Assembly: GCA_043228905.1 (NCBI GenBank)
Contig: JBHGNT010000007.1
Location: 4,154,001-4,218,000 of the forward strand
DNA length: 64,000 bases
Reading direction: 5' to 3'
Source: Azolla caroliniana
Lineage: Eukaryota > Plantae > Polypodiophyta
Shown: piece by piece, positions 9,994-22,648 of the stretch
Layout of the letters: each line of letters begins with the position of its first letter
How positions within the stretch are numbered: the first letter of the stretch is position 1
Notes under the pieces: generated by a model
Seen by the model: only the letters and a program-made list of their open reading frames with translations
Database searches by the model: none
Told to the model about the DNA's origin: nothing
Position numbers and translations under genes: made by a program

Positions 9994-12900
9994 ATGGCTG
10001 CAGAGAATGTAGGCCAAATGGTCACAGAGAAATTAGATAAAAACAATTTCCCGGCGTGGAAATTCAGAATGACAAACTTTCTGATGGGGAAAGGATACTG
10101 GGATTACATTGAAGGAGACCTAGAAGAGGCTCCAGAGATCCCAGAAGAGAATGCAACAGCTGCACATATTAAGGCATTTAAAGATTGGAATCAAGGGGCA
10201 AGGAAAGTAATGCATTGGCTATCACTCAGCATCTCAGATTCAATGCTTGGGCATATACAAGATGCTATGCTCCCAAAAGAAGCTTGGGACAACTTGGTAA
10301 AACTGTTTGCTGTGAACACAAAAGCTAGAAAGCTACAGTTGAAGACTGAGCTAAATACCTTAGAAAAAGGTAAGATGTCAATAAATGAGTATGCCCTAAA
10401 AATCAAGAGTATATGTGAATCACTTGCTTCTATCAATGTGAAGATAGAAGATGATGACAAAGTGGAAATATGCTTAAGAGGCTTAGGACCTCAATACAAG
10501 AGTTTTAAAACTTCTATGCTCACAAGGGATAGTATCCCAAGTTTTTCAGATCTGGTCTCAATGCTTGTGGTAGAGGAAAGGAATCAGATGGATGATGCAA
10601 ATAAAGGAAACTCAGAGAACGAGGGGCAAGCCCTCTATAATAATGCCGGAAGAGGCCGAGGAAGAGGCCATGGAAGATTTGGCTCAGGAAGAACCAATAA
10701 TAATGGCTTTCAAGGAAGAGGACAACAAGCTCATAGAGGAGGAAACAACAACAGAGGCAGGGGGAGCAACCGAGGTAGAGGTAAGCAAACTTATGTAAAT
10801 GATGATGGCTGCTGGTATTGTGGTAAACCAGGCCATACACAGGCTGAATGTTACAAGAAACAAAATGATGAGAAAAGAAGAAAAGGACAACAGAGTAACT
10901 ATGCCTCTACTAGTGAAGATTGTGAAAAGGAAGGTGGTTTTGTAGTGCAACATGAGATAGCAGCAGTGGCTGAAAGCTCACAGAAATGTAATGAAGAGTT
11001 TACGTGGTATGTAGACTCGGGGGCATCTAACCATATGACTGGACATGCAAATTGGTTTGAGAGTTTAAGAGAACCAGAGGTTCCTGGTTATGTACAAACA
11101 GGTGATGACACAACTCACAAAATAAAACATGTTGGAGATATCCCATTGTGGGAAGAAAGAGGAAAAACCAAGTATATGTTGAATGTGATGCATGTTCCAA
11201 ACCTTGCTAAGAATCTGATTTCTGTTGGACAGATTGTAGAACAAGGTATGCAAGTGAAGTTTAAGCAAAGTGGATGCTATATAGAAAAGAATGGAAAGCT
11301 CATTGCAAAAGGGAAGAGACAAGGAAGAATGTTTATCTTGGATGTAGAAATGCCCAAACAGATTTCAGCCATGTTTGCAAATGGAACGAGTGTAATCTCA
11401 GATGTGGAAATGTGGCATAAAAGGATTGGCCATATAAGTATGCAAACATTAAAGAATATGTTGAGAAAAGATGCAGTGGCTGGACTGCCAAACTTGAAAA
11501 AGTGTGAAATGGGAAAAGTATGTGAAGCATGTCAATATGGTAAGCAAAACAGGTTGCCATTCCCTCATGAGAGACATGTAAGCAAAAATCTGTTGGATTT
11601 GGTACATACAGATGTATGGGGACCAACAAAGAATGCATCTATTGGTGGATGCAGATTTTATGTTACATTTATTGATGATTGTTCACGGAAGACATGGGTG
11701 TACTTCATGAAGGAGAAAAGTGAAGTATTTGACTGTTTTCGTAAGTTTAAATGCATGGTAGAAAAGCAGGCTGGTACAAGGATAAAATGTTTGAGATCTG
11801 ATGGAGGAGGAGAGTATTTCTCCAATGAATTTTCTGATTTTTTGTGTAATCAGGGAATAAGAAGACAGTTCACATGCCGATATACTCCACAGCAAAATGG
11901 AGTTGCTGAGAGGAAAAACAGAACTTTGGTGAACATAGCAAGGGCAATGATGACTGAGAAGAACATGCCATTATACTATTGGGCAGAAGCTGTAAATACA
12001 GCAAATTACATTTTAAATAGATGTATTACATCAGGAGTACATGAGGCAACTCCTGAAGAGTGTTTTTATGGCAGGAAGCCTAGCTTACAACACTTGAAAG
12101 TGTTTGGATGCCTTGCATATGTACATGTGCCTGCAGAAGTAAGAAGTAAGTTGGATCCAAAAGCAGAAAAATGTATCTTTGTTGGATATTCAGAAGAACA
12201 AAAAGGGTACAGATGTTATAACCCTGTGACTAAAAAGATTGTGACAAGTCGAGATGTGATATTTGATGAGTTGGCTAGTTGGTACAGCCCAAAACAGAAT
12301 CTAGAGACTGATGAAGACTGTCAAAATGAAGACAAAGACAGATCAGAAAATGTAGAAGACTGTCACAGAGATGGAGACAAGGTTGGACAGCAGAGTCCAA
12401 CATCAACAGAATGTTCTGGACCATCAAAAAGCTCAGATGGTAAATCTGATTCAAATTCATGGAGTGGAAAAACTGGACAGAAAAAATCTGATGACAAAAA
12501 AGGAAAACAGAAAATGCCAGAGTATGAAATCCCGGATGACCTATCAAAAAACATGGAAGATGAAGATTCAGATATGTCTTTGGATGAGTTCCTTGGAATA
12601 CAGGAAATGAAAATCCCTGGTATGGAAAAGGCAATAAAGAATGCAAATCAGAAACTGAGAAGATCAGATAGAGAGAAAAAGACTGTGGAAAGATTTGGGT
12701 ATGATACATATATGGCTATGCACTATGCATATATGTCTAAGGTGGTACAGATCCCTGACCCAAACAGCTTTGAAGAAGCAAAATCTGAGAAGAAATGGAT
12801 GGATGCAATGCAAGAAGAGATTGATGCATTGGCTGAGAACAAAACGTGGGATTTAGTGAAGTTACCAAAAGAGAAAAATGTGGTAGGCTGCAAATGGGTC

Positions 12901-14319
12901 TACAAGACAAAGCATGACTCCAATGGGAATGTAAGTAGACATAAAGCAAGATTGGTTGCAAAAGGATATGCTCAGATGCAAGGGATTGATTATGATGAGA
13001 CTTTTGCACCGGTTGCAAAGATGGCAACCTTGAGAACACTACTTGCTGTAGGAGTAGCCAGAAAATGGATTTTGCATCACATGGATGTAAAAAATGCTTT
13101 TTTACATGGTAACTTGGAAGAAGAAGTGTATATGAGTCAACCACCAGGTTTTGAAGATAAGAAACATCCTGATTATGTATGTAAGCTGAAAAAAGCTCTC
13201 TATGGACTGAAACAGGCACCAAGAGCATGGCACAGAGAACTTTCAGATTCTCTGAAAAATCTTGGTTTCAAAATGTCAAAAGCTGATCCTTCTTTGTATG
13301 TAAAAAGTGAAAATGATTGCATTGTTATTATTCTGATTTATGTAGATGATTTGATTGTTGGAGGAGATTCCGTGGATGAAATAAGAAAGTTGAAAAAAAA
13401 TCTGGAAATGCAGTTTCATATGAAAGATTTGGGAGATCTGAGATATTTTCTTGGTATTGAAATCATCAGATCTGAAAGTGGTATATGTATGTTGCAAAAA
13501 CAGTATGCAACAACTATGTTGAAAAAGTATGGTATGCTTGGATGCAAACCTATTGCTGTACCACTTGATAAAAACTGCAAGTTGAGGGCTGATTTGGGAG
13601 CCAAGATAGAAGATGTAAACATGTACAGGTCTATGGTGGGCAGCCTTATTTATTTGACTATAACAAGACCTGATTTGAGCTATGCTGTTGGATTAGTCAG
13701 CCAGTTTATGCAACAGCCAACAAAGCCACATTTGGACTGCATCAGAAGGATTCTGAGGTATGTAAAAGCAACTCAGAACTTTGGACTATTTTACAGGGCT
13801 GATCTAGACATAAATCTGGAAGGATATACAGATGCTGATTGGGCTGGAAGCCAAACAGACAGGAGATCCACAAGTGGATACATGTTTACCCTGGGAAGTG
13901 CAGGAATTTCATGGAGTAGCAAGAAACAGGCTACTGTTGCATTGTCCAGTACAGAAGCTGAGTATAGAGGGGCTGCAATAGCCACATGTGAAGAAGTATG
14001 GATCAGAAGACTGCTTGCTGATCTGGGAGTATATATAGATGGTGCTGTCACAATCTGGTGTGACAATATGAGCAGCATTCAGCTTGCAAAGAACCCAGTG
14101 TTCCATGCAAGAACAAAGCACATTGAGGTGCATTATCACTTTGTTAGAGAAAAAGTGATGGAAGGTGAAGTTGATCTGGTGTATGTGAATACAAGTCAGC
14201 AGGTTGCTGATATCCTTACGAAGGGATTGAGTGTGGAAAAACATACACAGTTTCGGAACATGATGGGAGTTGTAAACATTGATGAGATGGCTAAAAAGCA
14301 AAATGGAAAAGAAGATTGA
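9994..14319 (+). CDS. Copia Gag-Pol polyprotein, 1441 aa (Gag, CCHC knuckle, PR, IN, RT, RNaseH)
   Basis: CWYCGKPGHTQAEC; WYVDSGAS; WHKRIGH...CEAC; HTDVWG/RSDGGGE/GVAERKNR; YVDD; DADWAG, STEAEY, ADILTK. Confidence 0.97.
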   Translation: MAAENVGQMVTEKLDKNNFPAWKFRMTNFLMGKGYWDYIEGDLEEAPEIPEENATAAHIKAFKDWNQGARKVMHWLSLSISDSMLGHIQDAMLPKEAWDNLVKLFAVNTKARKLQLKTELNTLEKGKMSINEYALKIKSICESLASINVKIEDDDKVEICLRGLGPQYKSFKTSMLTRDSIPSFSDLVSMLVVEERNQMDDANKGNSENEGQALYNNAGRGRGRGHGRFGSGRTNNNGFQGRGQQAHRGGNNNRGRGSNRGRGKQTYVNDDGCWYCGKPGHTQAECYKKQNDEKRRKGQQSNYASTSEDCEKEGGFVVQHEIAAVAESSQKCNEEFTWYVDSGASNHMTGHANWFESLREPEVPGYVQTGDDTTHKIKHVGDIPLWEERGKTKYMLNVMHVPNLAKNLISVGQIVEQGMQVKFKQSGCYIEKNGKLIAKGKRQGRMFILDVEMPKQISAMFANGTSVISDVEMWHKRIGHISMQTLKNMLRKDAVAGLPNLKKCEMGKVCEACQYGKQNRLPFPHERHVSKNLLDLVHTDVWGPTKNASIGGCRFYVTFIDDCSRKTWVYFMKEKSEVFDCFRKFKCMVEKQAGTRIKCLRSDGGGEYFSNEFSDFLCNQGIRRQFTCRYTPQQNGVAERKNRTLVNIARAMMTEKNMPLYYWAEAVNTANYILNRCITSGVHEATPEECFYGRKPSLQHLKVFGCLAYVHVPAEVRSKLDPKAEKCIFVGYSEEQKGYRCYNPVTKKIVTSRDVIFDELASWYSPKQNLETDEDCQNEDKDRSENVEDCHRDGDKVGQQSPTSTECSGPSKSSDGKSDSNSWSGKTGQKKSDDKKGKQKMPEYEIPDDLSKNMEDEDSDMSLDEFLGIQEMKIPGMEKAIKNANQKLRRSDREKKTVERFGYDTYMAMHYAYMSKVVQIPDPNSFEEAKSEKKWMDAMQEEIDALAENKTWDLVKLPKEKNVVGCKWVYKTKHDSNGNVSRHKARLVAKGYAQMQGIDYDETFAPVAKMATLRTLLAVGVARKWILHHMDVKNAFLHGNLEEEVYMSQPPGFEDKKHPDYVCKLKKALYGLKQAPRAWHRELSDSLKNLGFKMSKADPSLYVKSENDCIVIILIYVDDLIVGGDSVDEIRKLKKNLEMQFHMKDLGDLRYFLGIEIIRSESGICMLQKQYATTMLKKYGMLGCKPIAVPLDKNCKLRADLGAKIEDVNMYRSMVGSLIYLTITRPDLSYAVGLVSQFMQQPTKPHLDCIRRILRYVKATQNFGLFYRADLDINLEGYTDADWAGSQTDRRSTSGYMFTLGSAGISWSSKKQATVALSSTEAEYRGAAIATCEEVWIRRLLADLGVYIDGAVTIWCDNMSSIQLAKNPVFHARTKHIEVHYHFVREKVMEGEVDLVYVNTSQQVADILTKGLSVEKHTQFRNMMGVVNIDEMAKKQNGKED

Positions 14320-14359
14320 AGAGAACCTCAAGCAAGAATAAGTTGAGCTTGAGGGGGAG

Positions 14360-14865
14360 TGTTGAGAAGCAAGCTCAACATGGTATGTGATGCTTATGAG
14401 AAATAAGCTATAGTAGCTATTTAGCTACTAGTGAACAAAAAGGTAAAACAGCTATTTAGCTATGGACAGCTAATTAGCGACTGAACAGCTATTTAGCTAG
14501 TGACAGCTAATTAGCTAGTGAACAGCTATTTAGCGACTGACAGCTAATTAGCTACTGGCAGCTAATTAGCTGCATGTGTAATAACTTATGACTTAGGTAA
14601 AAGTAAGTGAGAGTGAATAGGAAGTAGTAGTAAGAGAAAAAACAGAGAATAGTGAGTAGAGAACTCTGAGAGAGAGTGAGAGACCAGAAGACTGACGAGA
14701 GCAAGTTGAGCTCTACATGAAATAGAAGAAAACCATTTTGCTACTACAGAGGTAAGTCCCCTTTCCTTTCTCTGTCTGTTTAGAGCACGCTAACGATCCA
14801 GCACACTACGATCCGCCGCGCATACAAAAGAAGAGCCCGAGTGCCTTCTTCACGTTTTCTTAACA
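14360..14865 (+). repeat. 3' LTR of F, preceded by PPT GAGGGGGAG (14351-14359)
   Basis: Copy of 9344-9849. Confidence 0.97.
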
Positions 14866-15000
14866 CTCTTTGACATAGTGATAGTTTGGAGTTTGTGGAC
14901 TCCCGTGGTTTTTCACGTTAACATCCTGTGTATTCTCTTTTTTGTTTTTGTACTTACCTCCATTCCCATTTCTTCTGTGTTTGATTGTCATCAAGTGATC

Positions 15001-18000
15001 TTTGGTTGCTGGTTCAGTTCGAGGACAACAGATCGGACAAAATCGATGCCACGATATAGGAGGTGATGCACATGAAGACAAGGGTGTACATAGGGTGCTT
15101 CATCGACATGAGTCTATACAACAACTTCAATGAAGAGAGCAAGGTTCATGAGCTCTGGGAGAAGACCGGCATTATGTTTTAGAACAAAAATGTTGTTAAT
15201 CAGGTTTCGGTATTTCAGAAGCTAGTAAGACTCCGGTACGAAGATGGCTCCAGCATGGCGGAGCACATGAATGCCTTCCAGGGGCTGATCCACCATGAAA
15301 CATCATTGGAAGTACCTCTCACCGACGAGGTACTAGCACTACTCCTGCTCGGTTCCCTCCCAGATAGCTGGGAGTCGTTGGTTGTCACTTTGGGCAACGC
15401 CGGGCCAGAAGGGAAACGGTTATCCCTAGCAAGAGTGAAGTAGAGCTTGCTAGATGAGGAGGCGCGTCAGAAAGACAAGGATACGAGCTCCGACCCCAAA
15501 GCGCTCCTTACCGAATCGGAACGCGGAAGACAAAGGAACCGTAGTCCCCAGAACAGGGAAAAGTCAGGGACACGGTCAAAGTTAAGGGGGAGGCCTACTT
15601 GCTTCTATTGCGGCAAGCCGGGACACTTCCAGAAGAATTGTCAGCACTTCTGAAAAGACAAGGAAACCGACGGTACCGATTCGAAGTGGACACCGGACCA
15701 GAATAGTAAAGACCGGAGGGACCGGACCAGAAGGGAACGACGGCAATCACGGCAAGTGAAGAAGAGTTGATGCTCATCACCGAGGAGAGTGAGTTGAACC
15801 TTGTCGGCGACGAGACAATGTGGGTTGTCAATTCCGGAGCGTCGTTCCACCTTACCCCGGACCGGAAATGCTTCTCATCCTACACAACCGGTGATCATGG
15901 ATGTGTTCGGATGGGGAATGAAGGTACATGCCGAATTGTCGGCATAGGAGACGTGTGGTTGACAACACCAACCGGATGCAAGCTGCTGCTGAAGGATGTC
16001 CAACACGTTCCGGAGGTTCGACTGAACCTGGTATCAGCTGATCGGCTAGATGATGAAGGCTACACGTGTAGCATCCGGAACGGAGTCATGAAATTATGCA
16101 AAGGGAGCCTGATAGTGGCTCGGGCCTGGAAGGTCAACACATTGTGCCTGATGAATGCCCGGTTATGCCCGAAAGAAGTGAGCGTGGCTTCTGACACTAC
16201 CGGTGAGCTGTGACACAAGAGACTGTGTCACATGAGCGTGAAGGGGATGAAGAGGCTTGCCGATGACAACCTCATTCCGGTGAAGAACGTGCATCTTGAG
16301 AGGTGCACCGACTGCCTAGCCGGCAAGCAAAACCAGACCTCCTTCCAATCAAGGCCACCGATGAGAAGTAATGCACCATTGGAGTTGGTGCCCACTGATG
16401 TGTGTCAAGTGGACATGAAGTCCCATGCCGGAGCGCAGTACTTCGTAACATTCATAGATGACCACATCAGGAGGTTGTGGGCCACACCGTTGAAGACGAA
16501 GGATCAGGTGTTATCCGTCTTCAAGGAACTCCACGCAAGAGTGGAAAGAGAAACCGGACGGAAGCTGATGGCGGTTCGAACAGATAACGGAGGGGAATAC
16601 CGGGGACAGTTCGAGGACTACTGTCAGCTCGAATTTACCGTGCCAAAGACGCCGGAACTAAACGGGCTAGCTGAGAGGATGAAGCGGACCATAATGGAGA
16701 GGGTTCAGAGTATGCTAGCACATGCTAAACTACCCAAGAAGTTTTGGGCTGAGGCGTTGTCGACAACGACGTATGTGATAAACAAATCTCCCTCAGTGCC
16801 CTTGGATGGAGACACTCCGCAAAAGGTGTGGACCAGTAAGGAAGTGTCCTACCAACATTTGAAGGTGTTCGGGTGTCTCGTGTACGTGCATGTTGCTAAG
16901 GACCGGAGAGGAAAGTTGGATCCAAAGACCCGGCCATGCATATTCCTCAGATACGACGATGATGAGTTCAGCTACCGAGTGTGGGATCCGGTTGAGAAGA
17001 AGGTTTTCCGGAGCCGAGATATTATCTTCATGGAGGACAAGACTCTTGCCGACTGGGAGTTGAAGAAGAAGATAATGAACTCCGATGAGATTCAGACCCA
17101 CCCGGCTAAAAGCCGGTTGACACTCGAGGAACCAGCCGATTACGGTGAGGATACCGAACCGGCAGAAGAAGAAGTAGAGGGAGTTGAAACCAGAACCGGC
17201 CAAGACCCCGAATCGGATTCGGATGAAGAAAAAGTAGAGGAGTCGGTTGCCGAAAGCCAAATACAGAGATATCCTCTCAGAGAGAGAAGAGCCCCCTGGA
17301 GATTTCCGGATGCAGAGCATGTGCTACTGACCAATGAGGGGGAGCCGGAAAGCTTCGAAGAAGCGAAGGATGACACCCATAGCCGCAAGTGGTTGAGTGC
17401 CATGCAGGACGAGATGGATTCCTTGCATGAGAACCACACGTATGAATTGGTGGAGTTGCCAAAAGGAAAGAGGGCACTCCGAAACAAGTGGGTATACAAG
17501 TTGAAACCGGAAGATGCCGGCAACCCTTCAAGGTACAAAGCCAGGATTGTGGTGAAGGGGTTCCAGCAGAAGAAGGGCGTGGACTTCGACGAGATATTTG
17601 CCCTGGTAGTAAAGATGACTTCCATCCGGACGGTGTTGAGCATAGCGGCAAGCATGGACCTCGAGGTAGAGTAGTTAGACGTAAAGACAGCGTTCCTCCA
17701 CGGCGACCTCGAAGACGAGATCTACATGCAGCAACCGGAGGGATTTGTGAAGAAATGGAAGGAGCACTTGGTTCGCCGATTAAAAATGAACCTCTATGGG
17801 TTGAAGCAGGCTCCCCGGCAATGGTACCAAAAGTTCGACTCCTTCATGACTGATCAAGGGTACCACAAGTCGCAGGCCGATCACTGCGTATTTGTGAAGA
17901 AGTTCAAAGATGGAGACTTCCTGATCCTCCTCTTGTACGTGGACGACATGTTGATCGTCGGACGAGACCAAGTCAAGATACGGATGCTGAAGAAGGCCCT

Positions 18001-18913
18001 GAACCGGACCTTCTCAATGAAAGACTTGGGTCCAACAAGACAAATGTTGGGGATGCATATCATCCGGGATCGGCCAACGAAGCAATTGTGGCTGTCACAG
18101 GAGAAGTACGTGACAAAGGTGCTTCAACGGTTCAACATGTCAGATGCGAAACCGATCGAATCGACACTTCCGACAAACTGCAGGTTATCCAGTAAGCAAA
18201 GCCCGAAGATGAAGTCAGAGAAGGAGGATATGATGAAGATACCATATGCCTCTACCATCGGGAGCCTAATGTACGCAATGGTGTGTACCCAACCGGATAA
18301 CGGATATGCAGTCGGAGTGGTGAGCCAGTTTATGAGCAACCCCGGCAAGGAGCACCAGAATGCGGTAAAATGGATACTCTGATACTTGAAAGGCACCTCA
18401 AGTATGTGTCTCCGATTCGGCTCCGGTAAACCCCAACTTGACGGTTTCACCGATTCGGACATGTCGGGTGATGCGGATACCAGCCGATCAACATCCGGAT
18501 ATGTCATGACATATGCGGGGGGAGCTGTTTCGTGGCAATCGAGGCTGCAGAAGAAGGTTTGGTTGTCAACCACGGAAGCGGAGTACATGGTGGCTGTGGA
18601 AGCCGGCAAGGAAATACTATGGATGAAGGACTTCATCGAAGAGCTAGGGATCCGACAAGAGGAATACCGGCTCTATTGCGACAGTCAAAGTGTCATCCAC
18701 CTTGCGAAGAACACATCATATCATTCCAGGACGAAGCACATCTAGCGGAGGTACCATTGGATTCGAGAGCGAGTAGAAGATCGAGAGTTCGTGCTGACGA
18801 AGATCCACACGGAGGAGAACGGGTCGGATATGCTGACCAAGGTGCTGACGCCTGACAAGCTAGACGCATGCCGGAAGCGGATCAGATTGATGAGGCATCC
18901 CATGCCGCAGTGA
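15001..18913 (+). pseudogene. Disrupted copia gag-pol of H
   Basis: CFYCGKPGHFQKNC; WVVNSGAS; RTDNGGEY; LLLYVDDML; GGAVSWQSRLQK; multiple in-frame stops. Confidence 0.92.
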
Positions 18914-19602
18914 AGGGGGAGTTTGTTAGGATCTTGGTCCCTCCGGATGGGATACGAAGGCCCGGCATCGGAAGACCCGGTGAGAACCGGATGTGGAGTA
19001 CCCGGCAATGGAAGACCCGGTCAGAACCGGATGTTGCAAGCCCAATGAGAACCGGATGTGGAGTACCCGACAATGGAAGACCCGGTGAGAACCGGATGTT
19101 GCAGGCCCGGTGAGAACCTCTCACCGGATGAAGGGACATATATGTAGATATGTTTCTGAGAGCCCATTGGGGCTATATCTGTAAATAGTCCTAATTTCAT
19201 ATTAGTATAAATATGACCTAGGGCAAACAGTGAGTATGTATAACAATAGTTGCTGTCATTATCTTTATATAGCGTGATTGGTGTAACGACTGTACAGAGA
19301 GAGTGTGTGTGTGTGTGTGTGATACAAAGCATGTCTCTGTTGTAACCGCCGCTAGGCGAAGATTGTGAGCAAGAGGTCGTTGCCTCTGTGCTCCCTATTG
19401 TACTCTTTGACATAGTGATAGTTTGGAGTCTTGGACTCCCGTGGTTTTTCCCTCTCAAGGTTTTCCACGTTAACATTCTGTGTATTCTCTTTTTTGTTTT
19501 TGTACTTACCTCCATTCCCATTTCTTTTTTGTTTGATTGTCATCAAGTGATCAACGCTTCGGTTGTCGCTGGAGATTATTCCGCATATTACTCGTCACCT
19601 CT

Positions 19603-19689
19603 CACTCTCTTTTTCTCTCATTCTCTCTTGTTCCGCATGCACAAAGACACTGTCCTTTTGTTGCACAGAATCACTCTTAATTCTTTACA
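19603..19689 (+). repeat. Distal part of the G 3' LTR
   Basis: Continues after the H TSD; ends ATTCTTTACA (similar to the E LTR end ATTCTTTTTACA) where LINE coding sequence resumes. Confidence 0.55.
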
Positions 19690-19853
19690 GTCCCATGTCA
19701 TGATACATTGGCGTTGCAAAAAGGCCTCATTTATAGAGGAATCTAGTGATGCATCATGAAGCAAGTGTCTCACATCCCATCTACCAAACCATATTTCTAT
19801 ATCTTGCATCCAACCAGAACACAAAATTTTGCTTTTATGCGTCTTTTGGATAT
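19690..19853 (-). pseudogene. LINE ORF2 fragment, continuous with 44655 onward once E is removed
   Basis: Joined reading AWEVSKN|IQKTHKSKILCSGWMQDIEIWFGRWD. Confidence 0.7.
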
Positions 19854-20890
19854 TGTAAAAAGAATAGGGTGCGGAAGCAAAAGAAAACCGAACACAGAAA
19901 CACAGGTTTAATGGAAAGCTTTACAATACGCAGGAGAGACAGAGAAAGAGCAGAACAAGTTAGATCTATTACAAAACAATAATAGTTCTTTGTACATAAA
20001 ACGTGCTCAACAACACTATTTATACAAGTCCTAAGAGGACTGACAAAAGTATTGTGTACTTCAATGCTCATACGAGCGTCTAACACTAACTATGAGACAT
20101 TAACTACCTAGTAGTCTAGGCTACTACTAGGCTTCCGGTTACTGTTTGATCCAGCTCACCGGCTCAATTGCTCACCAGCTCGCCGATCCGGCTTCATCCT
20201 TCCAGATGCCGATCCGGCTCAGGCTTATTCAGCCGATCCAGATCCGGTTGAGCTTTCCACTCAACACTCCCCCTCAAGCTCAACTTGAGGTCGGATCATA
20301 GTGTCAGTCACCATGGCAGCCGGTCCTCCCACCCGGCTCTTTCTGGAGTCACTCCGCCTCGCTCACGCTCGTCGTTCGGTCCGGTCCCGTTTGCCGCGAC
20401 CCTTTTGTTTCTGTGCATCTCGACCTCCTCGGTCGGCTTGTCTGCTCAACAGGCCCAAATCAACTCCCTCCTTGCTGTGACTTCGACGCTTGTCGACTCG
20501 CCGATTCCTTCGTGTTGGTGTCGACTTTTGCTGCCATCTCGTCCTCTTGGCCTTGAATTGATCCGGTTCTTACGAATCTGTTTGTTGAACCGAATCGGTT
20601 GTCTCCGATTCGTTCCAGCTCTTGTCCGAATCGGTTGCTCCCGATTCATCTTTTGGTTCCAGGCCCTTCACCACATTAGACCATGTTCGAGTCTTGCCTT
20701 CTTCTTCCGGTCGGCTCTGTCCTTCTTGACTCTACCGCCGTTGCCGCTTGTTCCGACTTGTTCAGATGTGCCAACTTCCCTTGTTGACTTGACTCCTTTC
20801 TTCTTCTTGTCTCCCCCTTTGTCGGTTCTTCCCTCACCGACGCAACCAACAATCTCTTTGCCATTGCCCGTTCCAGTGTCTTTGCCCGTT

Positions 20891-22648
20891 CTCCCCCTCA
20901 AGTGTGGCACGTCAAGATGTTGAACACCAACCATTTCGGTGAAGTGTTACAACTTATCCGATCTGAGCGGTTTGGTGAAGATGTCGGCAACTTGCCGATC
21001 CGTATGAACATACTGAAGTTCGACTTCACCGCAAAGGACACGCTCACGCACAAAGTGGTAGTGCATTTCTATGTGCTTTGTGCGAGCATGGAATACGGGG
21101 TTCTTGGCGAGCAACATGCTGCTTATGTTGTCACAGTAGATCAGGATCGGGGTCGGCACCTCGATCCGTAGGTCTTGCAGCAGTCGCCGAAGCCAAATGG
21201 CTTCACAGGTGGCAACGGTAGTGCCCCGATATTCAGCCTCAGTGCTCGAAACGGCCACTGTTGGCTGCTTTTTGTTGCTCCACGCGAACAGCCGCGCTAC
21301 CAAGGGAAAACATATAGCCGGAGGTGGATCGGTGATCTGATGCATCGCCAGCCCAGTCGGCATTGGTGTAGCCGACTTAGCTCTTCGGTTATACCATGTT
21401 GTTATAACAGTCTCTGTTCCTTCGTGCCGCTCACATATCGCAAAATTCGATGCGCGCATAGAAGGTGCTCCACGGTCGGCTTCTACATATATTGGCTGAT
21501 CACGCCGACCGGATAACTGATGTCGGGTCAGGTGATTGTCATATATATAAGGCTTCCAACGATTTGTCGGAACCGCTTCTCATCGCAGGCCGGTCCAGGT
21601 GGTTCCGGTCCACGGGTGTGGATATCGGTCGACACTCCGTCATGCCGAACTTGCAGCATATTCAACACATAGTGTCTTTGTGAGAGCAATATGCCGTCGG
21701 GGGTTCGGATCACCTCGATCCCAAGGAAATAGTGAAGGTTCCCCAGGTCCTTCATCTCAAATGCGTCCGATAGCTGGGACTTAACTCGGTTGATTTCATC
21801 TAGTTCGGATCCGGTGATGACTAGATCATCAACATACAACAAGATGCAAACCGGACCGTCCGGACCTTGTCGGATGAACAACGAAGAGTCCGACTTGGAG
21901 CCCCAAACCCCATCTTACGCAACCGGTGCATGATCTTTGCATTCCAAGCCCAGGGGGGTTGCTTCAGGCCATAAAGTGACTTCTTCAGCTGGCATACCGC
22001 TGACTTGTTCATATCTGGCTGGAAACCGGGGGCTTGGGCCATAAAGACCTCTTCTTCAAGATCACCTTGAAGAAATGCATTCTTCACGTCCATCTGCTGA
22101 AGATGCCACCCCCTTGCCGTAGCAACCGCCAACACCACACGAACCGTCGTCATCTTCGCTATTGGAGTGAAGGTCTCGTCGTAGTCGATTCCGTGGGTCT
22201 GCACATATCCCTTTGCCACTAACCGGGCCTTGTACCGGTTAACTGAACGTCGGCATTGTACTTTACCTTGTACACCCACTTACATCCGATCGGTTTACAG
22301 TGTCGGGGAGGGTCAACTAGGTCCCATGTGTCATTGGCATCGAGTGCCCGCAAATTTGCGTCCTTTACCGCTTCTGCGTAGCTCTCCGGCTCACGTACTT
22401 CCACCACCTTGGTCATGTACGCATAGTGATGCGCCATGTCCTCATTGTACCCGTACCGCTTCACGGGGTTCTTCTGGCGGGAAGACCGGCGTAATCTATC
22501 GTTACCCGGTTTGAGGCCCTTCTTGGCTGGTTCGGACTTCGTTCCCGAAGATCCACCTTCTTCCTTACCGGAGTTGGATTCGCTCCGATCCGAGTCAACA
22601 TTACCGGTTTCGTATTCCGGCATCTTCTTCTTCCCCTTCTCTCTGCGT
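20891..22648 (-). pseudogene. RT-RNaseH part of the E pol
   Basis: YKARLVAKGY, QMDVKNAFL, LLYVDDL, SSTEAEY, HARTKHIE, ADIFTK. Confidence 0.92.

Larger units (their letters stand above)
9344..14865 (+). mobile_element. Intact Ty1/copia element F, inserted in the 5' LTR of H; TSD CTCTT
   Basis: 506-bp LTRs TG...CA with no difference seen by eye; TSD at 9339-9343 and 14866-14870; PBS, PPT and a single intact ORF. Confidence 0.98.
8885..19597 (+). mobile_element. Copia element H (Tork/Tto1-like), inserted in the G LTR; TSD CCTCT
   Basis: TSD at 8880-8884 and 19598-19602; 5' LTR 8885-9343 + 14871-15000 (split by F; its end and PBS deleted); 3' LTR 18924-19597; PPT GAAGGGGGAG 18912-18921. Confidence 0.88.
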
